The notes beneath the pieces were generated by a model that did no database searches, was not told the origin of the DNA, and was given only the letters and a program-made list of their open reading frames with translations. A stretch of 47,179 nucleotides of DNA from contig JAQYLW010000082.1 in assembly GCA_028719825.1 (NCBI GenBank), positions 1-47,179 of the forward strand. The letters run 5' to 3'. The DNA comes from Spirochaetales bacterium (lineage in GTDB: Bacteria > Spirochaetota > Spirochaetia > Sphaerochaetales > Sphaerochaetaceae). Positions 28,281 to 36,880 of the stretch are shown in pieces; the first letter of the stretch is position 1, and every line of letters begins with the position of its first letter. Position numbers and translations under genes: made by a program.

Positions 28281-29123
28281 ATGCACATCGACAAAGAGCA
28301 TTTGGTGAAATTAATAATAATTCCCGTTCTCATTACAGTAATATTGGTATTGGGGATTGTAACATGTTCAATGTGCAGATATGCCGCCGCCCCGCTTCCA
28401 ATTTCAGAAGAGTATGCTATTGTGGCTGAAAGAAAAATGCTCTCGCAATACGACGAAATAAACAGTGTCGTTTCAACAGAAGCATATAATGCAAAGGAGC
28501 AGGGTCGAACAAAATATGAAGAAGATTATATCAAAGCACACACACCTCAGGCTCCTGTTATTATAAGTGCTCAAGAAAAACGCATAGTGCCACCCTCGCC
28601 CTACATCACGTCTTCAAACTATATTATCAGATACACAATACCTCAGGCTCCGAATATTGAAAATGTCGAAATATACAGCATAGAAAAAGCTGTTATGCCA
28701 CCTACAATCACAAGTGCCAATTACTATATTCTCCACAAACCGGATGCTCCACTTTTTGTGTCCGTGGAACAAAAAACAACAACACAAATTCCGTCATCTC
28801 CTGATGTACCAAAAGGATCTTACATTCTTTATTATTCCGTACCTGAGCCTGCTCACATTATAGATGCAAAGATTATTCATCCCATACCTGAACCTGCACA
28901 AATTACCGGTGCAAATGTCATTCACTATCAAGCACCCGAACAGAACTTAACATCTCAAAAAGCAAAAACAAAACTGCTTTGCTATACTATTTTGATAAGA
29001 CGCGGCAACTACGATATGGTAACGATTAGAGATCACAAGTCCGGACGTGAATATAAAGGAAAGCTTAACAGCGATTTAATGCTTTTCACATCTTATGACG
29101 ATAAGATCGAATTTATATTGTAA
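28281..29123 (+). CDS. Hypothetical single-pass membrane protein with about 8 degenerate proline-initiated repeats
   Basis: N-terminal TM segment LIIIPVLITVILVLGIVTC. Then come repeats of 14-19 aa, each starting PxxP/PxAP: PQAPVIISAQEKRIV, PPSPYITSSNYIIRYTI, PQAPNIENVEIYSIEKAVM, PPTITSANYYILHK, PDAPLFVSVEQKTTTQI, PSSPDVPKGSYILYYSV, PEPAHIIDAKIIHPI, PEPAQITGANVIHYQA. The C-terminal ~60 aa are unique. Confidence 0.55.
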   Translation: MHIDKEHLVKLIIIPVLITVILVLGIVTCSMCRYAAAPLPISEEYAIVAERKMLSQYDEINSVVSTEAYNAKEQGRTKYEEDYIKAHTPQAPVIISAQEKRIVPPSPYITSSNYIIRYTIPQAPNIENVEIYSIEKAVMPPTITSANYYILHKPDAPLFVSVEQKTTTQIPSSPDVPKGSYILYYSVPEPAHIIDAKIIHPIPEPAQITGANVIHYQAPEQNLTSQKAKTKLLCYTILIRRGNYDMVTIRDHKSGREYKGKLNSDLMLFTSYDDKIEFIL

Positions 29124-29192
29124 ATTTTTATTCTATAAATACTTAAAATACTTAATTGACAAATAATTTTTTTTCATTAAACATATTAAACT

Positions 29193-30569
29193 ATGATTAA
29201 CAAAAGCAATAGCGACAGAAATATATTAGGTGTTGAGAATATAGGTAGTCTTATTTGTAAAATGAGTATCCCCATAATGTTTTCAATGATGGTTATGGCT
29301 CTTTACAACGTGGTAGACAGCATTTTCATCTCTCATTACAGTGCAAAATACTTGGCATCCCTTTCTATAGTATTCCCTTTACAAATGGGAATTATTGCAG
29401 TTTGTTCGGGAACCGCAATAGGAATTAATTCATTAACTTCTCGATATCTTGGCGCCGGAAACACGGATAAGGCCAACAAGGTAGCCATTACGGGAATGTG
29501 GCTTGAAATAATCTCAAGCTTAGTATTTATTCTTTTTGGAATTTTCTTTTCGGGTGTTTTTGCAAATGCATTTTCATCTGATCCCGAAATAACAAACGGA
29601 ACCAAGGCGTATCTTTCTATATGTCTTATAATATCCACACCTTTGATGTTTAGTTCGGTTATAGAGCGTTTAATGCAGGCTGAGGGGGATTCAATTCATC
29701 CTATGATAGTACAAATAGTAGGCGCTCTGATCAATATAGTTTTAGACCCTGTTTTTATATTCGGAATCGGACCGTTCCCCGAAATGGGAGTTGCAGGAGC
29801 TGCTCTTGCCACGGTTTTGGGACAAATTATTGGATGCATAATCGCCTACATATTCTATAGAAGAATAAACATTCTCTCTGCAAGAATACACAACCTTATT
29901 AAGTTCAAACCAGAAAAACAGACTATTAAAGAAATATATAAGGTTGCACTCCCTTCAATAGTTCTTCAGGGACTAACAAGCATCTCTACCCTGCTTATGA
30001 ATATTATTATTGTAGCGTTTTCGGACATAGCCGTTGCTGTGTTTGGACTGTATTTTAAGGTTCAAAGCTTTTTGTATATGCCGCTATTCGGATTGAACTC
30101 CGGAGTGATACCCATTGTCGGATACAATTACGGTGCAAAAAACAAAGACCGTGTTATAAAAACCGTTAGAATAGCCATGGCTATCGGATGTTCCGTAATG
30201 CTTTTAGGCACTTTATTGTTTCAATTTTTCCCAAACCTTATTCTTTCGCCGTTCAAAACAACAGAAGAAATGAATAAAATTGCTTATGTTGCATTCAGAA
30301 TAATTAGTATCGGATTTATCTTTTCAGCCATTGCGATTGTCATAAACGGCTTTTTCATGGGGATTGGAGCCGGAGTAAGCGCAATGAGCGTAAACCTTGC
30401 ACGACAATTAATTCTACTTGTACCACTTGCTTTTTTCCTTTCAAAAACTGCGCTGGGAATTTCAGGAGTATGGGTTGCCTTCCCTATTTCGGAAGTTCTT
30501 TCAACCATATTGGCATACGCTTTGTTTATAAAAGAAAAAAATAAGATAGACAACAAAAACTATTGGTAG
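29193..30569 (+). CDS. MATE-family efflux transporter
   Basis: 458 aa with about 12 TM segments. The N-terminus LGVENIGSLICKMSIPIMFSMMVMALYNVVDSIFISH is typical of MATE/NorM-like pumps. Confidence 0.9.
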   Translation: MINKSNSDRNILGVENIGSLICKMSIPIMFSMMVMALYNVVDSIFISHYSAKYLASLSIVFPLQMGIIAVCSGTAIGINSLTSRYLGAGNTDKANKVAITGMWLEIISSLVFILFGIFFSGVFANAFSSDPEITNGTKAYLSICLIISTPLMFSSVIERLMQAEGDSIHPMIVQIVGALINIVLDPVFIFGIGPFPEMGVAGAALATVLGQIIGCIIAYIFYRRINILSARIHNLIKFKPEKQTIKEIYKVALPSIVLQGLTSISTLLMNIIIVAFSDIAVAVFGLYFKVQSFLYMPLFGLNSGVIPIVGYNYGAKNKDRVIKTVRIAMAIGCSVMLLGTLLFQFFPNLILSPFKTTEEMNKIAYVAFRIISIGFIFSAIAIVINGFFMGIGAGVSAMSVNLARQLILLVPLAFFLSKTALGISGVWVAFPISEVLSTILAYALFIKEKNKIDNKNYW

Positions 30570-30603
30570 AAATTATTTAACAAAAAAAAAGTAGATTTAT
30601 TGT

Positions 30604-30632
30604 TGACAATTAGAATTAGTCTATTTATAATA
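30604..30632 (+). promoter_or_regulatory. Consensus sigma70 promoter of the Fur-family gene
   Basis: TTGACA (30604..30609), a 17-nt spacer, then TATAAT (30627..30632). Both hexamers are perfect. Confidence 0.6.
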
Positions 30633-30635
30633 AAT

Positions 30636-30652
30636 TTAGAACAGTTCTAAAA
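30636..30652. promoter_or_regulatory. Perfect 17-bp palindrome with 7-1-7/8-1-8 architecture; candidate Fur-family operator
   Basis: TTTAGAAC-A-GTTCTAAA lies 3 nt after the -10 hexamer, so it overlaps the expected transcription start. A related half-site, TTAGAA, sits in the promoter spacer. Confidence 0.45.
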
Positions 30653-30672
30653 ATAATAGTTAGGGGGACATT

Positions 30673-31044
30673 GTGACGAAGTACGAAAAAGCATGCTACG
30701 ACATAGTCGCAAAATCGCATAATCACCTTACGGTTAACCAGGTATATGAGAAACTTAAAGAATTATTTCCCGATGTGGTTCAAGCAACGGTGTATAATAA
30801 TTTGAACAAATTATGTGAAGGTGGATTTATCCGCAAAGTATGCATAGAGGACATGTGTGACAGGTTTGATTCTGCCCATAAACACGACCATCTTGTATGC
30901 AAGGAATGCGGAAAACTCACCGACATGCAGTTTGACGATCTTACACAGATGATTAAAAAGTATATCGGAGATGATTTTTGTTATTACGATTTAAAAGTTT
31001 TTAATATCTGCCCTGAATGTAAGGCAAAGAAGGAAAACTGTTAA
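30673..31044 (+). CDS. Fur-family metalloregulator (Fur/Zur/PerR type not resolvable)
   Basis: GTG start after AGGGGGA. Winged-helix N-domain, then HDHLVCKECGK and CPEC structural Zn motifs; 123 aa. Confidence 0.85.
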   Translation: MTKYEKACYDIVAKSHNHLTVNQVYEKLKELFPDVVQATVYNNLNKLCEGGFIRKVCIEDMCDRFDSAHKHDHLVCKECGKLTDMQFDDLTQMIKKYIGDDFCYYDLKVFNICPECKAKKENC

Positions 31045-31049
31045 ATCCT

Positions 31050-31059
31050 CCCCCCCCCC
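31050..31059. repeat. C10 homopolymer tract
   Basis: Ten consecutive C residues start 6 nt after the Fur-family stop codon and lie 47 nt upstream of the next ATG. Confidence 0.95.
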
Positions 31060-31105
31060 TTGTCGCTAATTATTAACGCCGAATATTCGGCAAAAGGAGA
31101 ATATT

Positions 31106-31669
31106 ATGAGAAGTATTACAAAGATTGAGCTGCAATATGCTCACAGATTTTACCGATTCCAAGGTGAAGCACAGTATTTACATGGGCACACAGGAGTTTT
31201 AACAATAGAAGTTGAAGATTCTATTGAAAAAGGCGTAAACATGGTATTCCCATGTAACGAAATACAAAAAACAGCATGGGATGTATTAAAGAACTTTGAT
31301 CATGCGCTCATTTTAAGAGAGGATGATCCGCTTCTTCCTGCTATTCTGTCCGTGTATGAAAAACAGGGTATCAAAAACGGAACATCTACAAACGTAATGA
31401 AAGGACCGGCATTTAAAACTGAGTTAGCTACAGCTTATCCGGACTGCAGACTTGTAGTAACCAAAGAAACTATGACCGTTGAGGGCATGATTAAAATTGT
31501 TTACGATCTCTTAAAGGATAAATTGAACATAGCAAAACTGACATTTACAAGCGGAGTTAATGCTGCATCTTGTGAATATGAAACAAAGAACAAAATTGAC
31601 CGCTGTCCCCTTTGCGGAATTGCTTTGGATAAAGACGGAAGTTGTCCAAAATGCGGATATAAGAAATAA
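31106..31669 (+). CDS. 6-pyruvoyl-tetrahydropterin synthase / QueD-family protein with a C-terminal zinc ribbon
   Basis: PTPS-fold motifs ELQYAHRF...YLHGHTGVLTIEV (three His Zn ligands), MVFPCNEIQ and NFDHALIL. Extra C-terminus CPLCG...CPKCG. AAAGGAG RBS. Confidence 0.65.
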   Translation: MRSITKIELQYAHRFYRFQGEAQYLHGHTGVLTIEVEDSIEKGVNMVFPCNEIQKTAWDVLKNFDHALILREDDPLLPAILSVYEKQGIKNGTSTNVMKGPAFKTELATAYPDCRLVVTKETMTVEGMIKIVYDLLKDKLNIAKLTFTSGVNAASCEYETKNKIDRCPLCGIALDKDGSCPKCGYKK

Positions 31670-31690
31670 TCGCTTCCGTTTAATAGAAAA

Positions 31691-31718
31691 CCCGTTCTGT
31701 TTTAGAACGGGCTTTTTT
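31691..31718. terminator. Rho-independent terminator, probably bidirectional
   Basis: CCCGTTCT-gtttt-AGAACGGG is followed by C and TTTTTT. An A-run upstream gives a U-tract for the convergent minus-strand PPIase gene. Confidence 0.75.
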
Positions 31719-31742
31719 ATTGCTGAATTTATAGAGTGTTAT

Positions 31743-32684
31743 TTAAAAATCAAGCAGCTCTACATCGAAAACAAGAAATGCATTAGGCGGTATTATTCCG
31801 GGAATTCCTCCTTCTCCATATCCAAGCGTTGGAGGAATAATAAACGTGTACTTTGCTCCCTTACTCATAAGCATCAAACCTTCGTTCCAGCCTTCTATCA
31901 CTTCGCCAAGTCTAAACGATATGGGTTTACCACGGCGAATACTTGAATCAAATACCATGCCGCTCAAAAGCCTTCCCTCGTAATGTACAAGCACCTTCTC
32001 AAACATTTTAGGATGTTTGATTCCATCCCCCTCTTTGTTCACGACATACAATAGGCCTGTTGCGGTTTCTATGGCGTTTGGAAATTTTGCATGTATTTCG
32101 TCTAATATCTTTTTATATTTCATTCTATTCTTTTCGTTATTCTTTTCTTCTACAGCCTTTTTCAATTCATAAAATTTTTCTTCGGACACTTCAAAAGCAT
32201 TTGCCTCATCCCCTACACGCACTATTTTCACGCTTGTAATAACGTCGTTTTGCTTTATTGCATTTACTACGTCCTGCCCTTCCTCAACAAACCCAAAAAC
32301 AGTGTGCTTATCATCAAGATGAGGAGTAGGAAGATGCGTTATAAAGAATTGACTGCCGTTTGTATTTGGACCTGCATTTGCCATAGAAAGAACACCGCTT
32401 CTGTTGTGGCGGAGAGTATCATCAAATTCATCGGGGAATTTATATCCCGGTCCTCCTGTTCCGTTTCCAAGCGGATCTCCACCCTGTATCATAAAATCAG
32501 AAATAACACGGTGAAACTTTAATCCGTCATAAAACGGTTTGTTGCCCGTTACGGAAAATATACCCTCTGCAAGCCCTATAAAGTTCATTACCGTTAATGG
32601 ACATTTCTTATATTGAAGTGATATTGTTATATCACCTTTTTTAGTAGAAATAATAGCATAAATTCCATTTTTATTTAATTCCAT
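31743..32684 (-). CDS. Dual-family peptidyl-prolyl isomerase: N-terminal cyclophilin fused to C-terminal FKBP
   Basis: Cyclophilin motifs [25 protein letters not shown] and [21 protein letters not shown] motifs [18 protein letters not shown] and [31 protein letters not shown]. The likely start is the ATG at 32684 (MELNKNG...), preceded by GAGGAG. The track ORF's longer N-terminus overlaps parB. Confidence 0.85.
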   Translation of the reverse strand: MELNKNGIYAIISTKKGDITISLQYKKCPLTVMNFIGLAEGIFSVTGNKPFYDGLKFHRVISDFMIQGGDPLGNGTGGPGYKFPDEFDDTLRHNRSGVLSMANAGPNTNGSQFFITHLPTPHLDDKHTVFGFVEEGQDVVNAIKQNDVITSVKIVRVGDEANAFEVSEEKFYELKKAVEEKNNEKNRMKYKKILDEIHAKFPNAIETATGLLYVVNKEGDGIKHPKMFEKVLVHYEGRLLSGMVFDSSIRRGKPISFRLGEVIEGWNEGLMLMSKGAKYTFIIPPTLGYGEGGIPGIIPPNAFLVFDVELLDF

Positions 32685-32688
32685 ATAA

Positions 32689-33612
32689 TTACTCCTCATC
32701 TTCAACCAGTGGCAAATTACCTCCGGCTTTTTCAAATATTTTCTCAAGTGCGGAATAAGAGTTATAAGATAAAATCAGTTTACCCTTATTGAAAGTTCCA
32801 CTCAATCTTACGTTAGTTCCAAGAAGTTTAATAAACTTGTCCTGGATAGCTATTATAATATCTCTATCGTACAACGAACAGGGAGCCTCATCGCTATGTG
32901 AAACCTCCTCATTGCTTTCATCATTGCTTTGCTTTGTCTGAACTGCAGCATCGTTGTTTTTTCTAAACAGCCTGCCTCCGTTGTTAAAATCGTTTGCAAG
33001 GTTTTCGGCAGTTCTTACCGACATTCCCTCGGATACTATCATATCAAACAGAGTTTCTCTGTCTGATGGGGCCTTTACCTGTAAAAGCGCTCTGGCATGT
33101 CCTGATGTGATTTTGCCCTCTAAAATAGCATCCTGCATGGGCTGTGGAAGATATAGCAATCTTATTGAGTTTGCGATTGCCGATCTGCTTTTTCCAATCC
33201 TCTCCGCTACTTCTTCCTGAGATAATCCACCCTCAGAAATAAGATAGTAATACGCCATAGCCTCTTCAAGCGGATTTAAATTTTCACGTTGGACGTTTTC
33301 CGTAACTGCAATTTCCATTCTGTCTAAATTTGAGAATTCTTTTACTATTACGGGAATTGTTTTGATATCCGCAAGGCAAGACGCTCTGTACCGTCTTTCT
33401 CCGGCTATTATTCTGTATTCGTCATCAGTTACTTTTTCTACGAGTAACGGTTGCAATATCCCGTGCTTTTTAATTGAAATTGACAGTTCTTCCAATGTTT
33501 TTTCATCAAAATTCTTTCGCGGTTGATAGGGATTTGGCTTTACTTTTTCTATTGGTAGAAACAAAATAGTATTATCTGCACCCTGAAAAGGCTTTGATAT
33601 TTCCATTACCAT
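32689..33612 (-). CDS. parB: Chromosome partitioning protein ParB/Spo0J
   Basis: ParB box [38 protein letters not shown], and GHARAL. parS sites lie about 400-700 bp away. Confidence 0.9.
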   Translation of the reverse strand: MVMEISKPFQGADNTILFLPIEKVKPNPYQPRKNFDEKTLEELSISIKKHGILQPLLVEKVTDDEYRIIAGERRYRASCLADIKTIPVIVKEFSNLDRMEIAVTENVQRENLNPLEEAMAYYYLISEGGLSQEEVAERIGKSRSAIANSIRLLYLPQPMQDAILEGKITSGHARALLQVKAPSDRETLFDMIVSEGMSVRTAENLANDFNNGGRLFRKNNDAAVQTKQSNDESNEEVSHSDEAPCSLYDRDIIIAIQDKFIKLLGTNVRLSGTFNKGKLILSYNSYSALEKIFEKAGGNLPLVEDEE

Positions 33613-33752
33613 CCTCCTGATTTATTACTTTATCCATGTATTTAAACAAAGCATATTGTCTTTGTATATACTTTAAAATAAATGCTTGATAACTGATTAA
33701 TTATTATATATTATAAAAGAAAAATCAAATATATGGAACAAAGGAGATTTAT

Positions 33753-33986
33753 ATGAAAGACGAAGTACTTAAAGTATTAAATGAACTTCGACCTGCATTA
33801 CAGGCACATGAAGGAGATGCAGAGTTCATAGACTGGAATGAAGAGAAAAAAGAACTGCGACTTGCTCTTACAGGGCATTGTGCAGGCTGCCCATACTCAC
33901 AAATGACATTAAAAAACGGCATTGAAAATGCTTTAAGAGATGCTGTTGACCCTGAAATTACAGTAATTAACGTCAATTTTGAGTAA
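33753..33986 (+). CDS. Nfu/NifU C-terminal-domain Fe-S cluster carrier (77 aa)
   Basis: LRPALQAHEGDAEFIDW...LTGHCAGCPYSQMTLKNGIE (CxxC Nfu motif). AAAGGAG RBS. Confidence 0.8.
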   Translation: MKDEVLKVLNELRPALQAHEGDAEFIDWNEEKKELRLALTGHCAGCPYSQMTLKNGIENALRDAVDPEITVINVNFE

Positions 33987-34008
33987 TAATTCACATATAA
34001 TTTAGCCA

Positions 34009-34024
34009 TGTTTCACGTGAAACA
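34009..34024. promoter_or_regulatory. parS centromere site, perfect consensus
   Basis: TGTTTCACGTGAAACA is identical to the palindromic ParB-binding consensus. It is embedded in a 38-bp palindrome (33998..34035) with a single mismatch. Confidence 0.85.
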
Positions 34025-34295
34025 CGGCTAAATTACTACTTATAGAAACAAAATTATCCTAACTTTTTACCATATTTTTTACCCTCTCTTATTCAATTAT
34101 GCATAGACAGGGGGTATAATCTGCGGGCTATCATATTCTGTATATTATCATACCATATTATCTTAATTATTTTACCCGTTAATGGTGTATCAACTGTTGC
34201 AAATATTATAGATTTATTTGAAATAATTAATATAATTTTATTCTATTAATCATAATTCAAAGATTAATTTATATTATTATTCTATTGTAATTTAT

Positions 34296-34311
34296 TTTTT
34301 CACGTGAAACA
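34296..34311. promoter_or_regulatory. Second parS-like site (one mismatch)
   Basis: TTTTTCACGTGAAACA differs from the consensus TGTTTCACGTGAAACA only at position 2. Confidence 0.65.
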
Positions 34312-34537
34312 TTTAGTGGAAAACAGGAGAGCAGATTTATTTCACATTTCATTTATTTATACAATCTTTATAGGATATAGAGTATATTTTCCCCGTTTGT
34401 TTGTCATTGTCCATAGTACAATGACTCTATCAATTTTTTCTTAAATTCTCTGTAAAAAATTATGCGTTTTTGTTTCTACAAATAGTAATTTTTATCATAT
34501 TTGTTGTTTATTTACCCATAATTTATAATTAATATTG

Positions 34538-35428
34538 ATGAAAAATGATGCAGATAGCGAAATAATCTCCTATATTGACACCTTTTTGACAGTCAGAGGA
34601 CTATCCCAAAATACAAAAAAATCCTATAAAGAGGACTTATTTCTTCTAAAATCGTTCATTTTATCACTTAATATAGACATTTATAGATTAGATAAATACC
34701 ATGCTGAACTGTTTATTAAACATTTAATGGATGAAGGACTATCAAAAAGGAGCATAAACAGGGTACTTTCATCATGCAGAGGTTTTTATAAGAACGCTTA
34801 CAGGTTAAAAAAGATACCGGTAAATCCGTTTTCCGGTATTAAAAATTCAAATGAGAATTATAAACTACCCGTGTTTTTAACAAAACCCGAGGTTGATTCA
34901 TTTATTAGTAAAAACAACAAGTCAGATTCTTTTACCGACATAAGAAATCTATCAATATTAACTCTTTTATATTCAACCGGGGGCAGAAGGGAAGAAATCC
35001 AATCCATAGATGTTAAAGACATTGATTTTTTAAACTCTGAAATACTCGTAAAAGGCAAAGGAAATAAAGAACGCTTACTGTTTATAACGCAAGAAGCGGA
35101 AACATATTTAAAAAAATACATCAATGAGCGGAACAAAATAGTTGTACATTCAGAAGCACTGTTTATAAACAAGAGAGGTTATCGTCTTTCTCTTTCATCT
35201 TTTAATAATATATTTAATTCATTTGAAAAAGTATCAGGAATACAAAAACATGTAACTCCTCATACAATCAGACATTCTTTTGCCACTCAATTAATGGATA
35301 ACGGTATGGATATTCGATCCTTACAAGAGCTGTTAGGTCACAGTTCTATATCTACAACCGGAATTTATACTCATTTATCATTACAAAACTTAAAAAACAT
35401 ATATTCAAAATCACATCCTCACGCTTGA
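34538..35428 (+). CDS. Tyrosine recombinase, XerC/XerD-like
   Basis: N-terminal SAM-like core-binding domain (SQNTKKSYKEDLFLL) and catalytic residues in LLYSTGGRREE, HTIRHSFATQL and LGHSSISTTGIYTH (R..HxxR..H..Y). The track ORF opens with TTG at 34535; the ATG is at 34538. Confidence 0.8.
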   Translation: MKNDADSEIISYIDTFLTVRGLSQNTKKSYKEDLFLLKSFILSLNIDIYRLDKYHAELFIKHLMDEGLSKRSINRVLSSCRGFYKNAYRLKKIPVNPFSGIKNSNENYKLPVFLTKPEVDSFISKNNKSDSFTDIRNLSILTLLYSTGGRREEIQSIDVKDIDFLNSEILVKGKGNKERLLFITQEAETYLKKYINERNKIVVHSEALFINKRGYRLSLSSFNNIFNSFEKVSGIQKHVTPHTIRHSFATQLMDNGMDIRSLQELLGHSSISTTGIYTHLSLQNLKNIYSKSHPHA

Positions 35429-35473
35429 TTATTAATTGTTGACGTTTTTTTTATATTCCGTAAAAATTATGAT

Positions 35474-36880
35474 ATGAAAAATAAGGAATTTTTATCCAAA
35501 TTAAAGTCATATTTTAAAAAAAGTGATTCGTCTCTTTTATCCAGCTCCATAAACACTCTTACGGATGCTTCAATTGTTGATAACAAGATAACTTTATATA
35601 TTTCTTCAAATTATGCATTAGATATATTAAAGGGAAACATTGAAGATATAAAAAAAATATCCTCAGTAATTTTGGGTAATCCCGTATATATTGAACTATC
35701 CTATAAGGATTCTTCAAAAGCAGCCGATTATAAAAAACAAAGCAAAGAAGAAAACAACACAGATACATCAGTTAAAAATGAAAATCCAAAACCCTCTGAA
35801 ATTCAGCCTGCATCTTCTAATTCTGCTTCTAATATACAACCTAACCCACAGGTTCCTTTTTTAAACAGTATTTATACATTGGATAATTTTATTCCCGGAG
35901 ATAACTCAAGGTATGCTTATAATATAGCAAAAGCAATTGCCGCAAACCCTGCAAGTGAATACAACCCGTTTTTAATTTATTCAAATGTAGGTCTTGGTAA
36001 AACCCATCTTGCAGAAGCAATAGGAAACAGAATAGTACAAACTTTAAAATACAAAGTAACTTATGTCACTTGCGAATATTTTATTAATGAATTTATGAAA
36101 TCCATTCGCACTAATACTGTAGAACAATACAAAAACATATATAGAAACGTTGATGTTTTAATAATAGATGACGTTCAGTTTTTAGAGGGAAGGGGAGAAA
36201 CACAAAACGCCCTTTTTAACATTTTCAATTCATTAAAAGATTCAAATAAACAGATGATATTTACATCAGATAGGCCGGTAAGTGCAATAAAAGAATTTCT
36301 ACCACGTCTTTCTACACGATTAAATTCCGGAGTTGTTGCAGACTTACAACCACCTTCATTTGAAACAAAAGTGGCAATTTTAAAAAACAAATGCATTCAA
36401 AAAAATATAAACGTGGATGATAATATACTCTTTTATATTTCAGAAAACATCCAATCAAACGTCAGAGATCTTGAAGCATGTTTAAACAGACTCATTGCTT
36501 TTGTTAAAGAAATGAATGAACCACTCACGTTGGAAAATTCTAAGAAAATTCTTAAAGACCTAATATTTGAATCAAAAGATAAATCAAATATTACAATGGA
36601 AAAAATCATAAAGGCTGTTGCAGATTATTTTAATATATCCACATCAGATATAAGAGGAACTAAAAAGAGTAAATCAATAAATGAACCTCGTCACATTGCT
36701 TTTTACCTTTCTTATATACTTACAGAATGCTCCACTACGGAAATTGGAATATATTTTGGAAACAGAGATCACAGTACAATTCTACACTCAATTAACAAGA
36801 TAAAAAACAACATAAAAACCGACAGTGTATTAAACGAAACCGTAACCATACTGTCAAATATTATAAAAAGTGAATCATAA
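35474..36880 (+). CDS. dnaA: Chromosomal replication initiator DnaA
   Basis: Walker A SNVGLGKTHL, Walker B LIIDDVQFL, FTSDRP, and domain IV PRHIAFYLSYILTECSTTEIGIYFGNRDHSTILHSINKI. Confidence 0.95.
   Translation: MKNKEFLSKLKSYFKKSDSSLLSSSINTLTDASIVDNKITLYISSNYALDILKGNIEDIKKISSVILGNPVYIELSYKDSSKAADYKKQSKEENNTDTSVKNENPKPSEIQPASSNSASNIQPNPQVPFLNSIYTLDNFIPGDNSRYAYNIAKAIAANPASEYNPFLIYSNVGLGKTHLAEAIGNRIVQTLKYKVTYVTCEYFINEFMKSIRTNTVEQYKNIYRNVDVLIIDDVQFLEGRGETQNALFNIFNSLKDSNKQMIFTSDRPVSAIKEFLPRLSTRLNSGVVADLQPPSFETKVAILKNKCIQKNINVDDNILFYISENIQSNVRDLEACLNRLIAFVKEMNEPLTLENSKKILKDLIFESKDKSNITMEKIIKAVADYFNISTSDIRGTKKSKSINEPRHIAFYLSYILTECSTTEIGIYFGNRDHSTILHSINKIKNNIKTDSVLNETVTILSNIIKSES

Noticed and set aside
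31045-31105. Possible preQ1 riboswitch upstream of the QueD-like gene
   Set aside because: The 61-nt region contains the C10 tract and a simple palindrome. It does not contain the preQ1 aptamer consensus.
34538-35428. Tyrosine recombinase as a marker of a prophage or integrative element
   Set aside because: I found no phage, conjugation or cargo genes next to it, and no attL/attR-type direct repeats. The downstream genes are core replication genes. It is kept only as part of the compositional-island observation.
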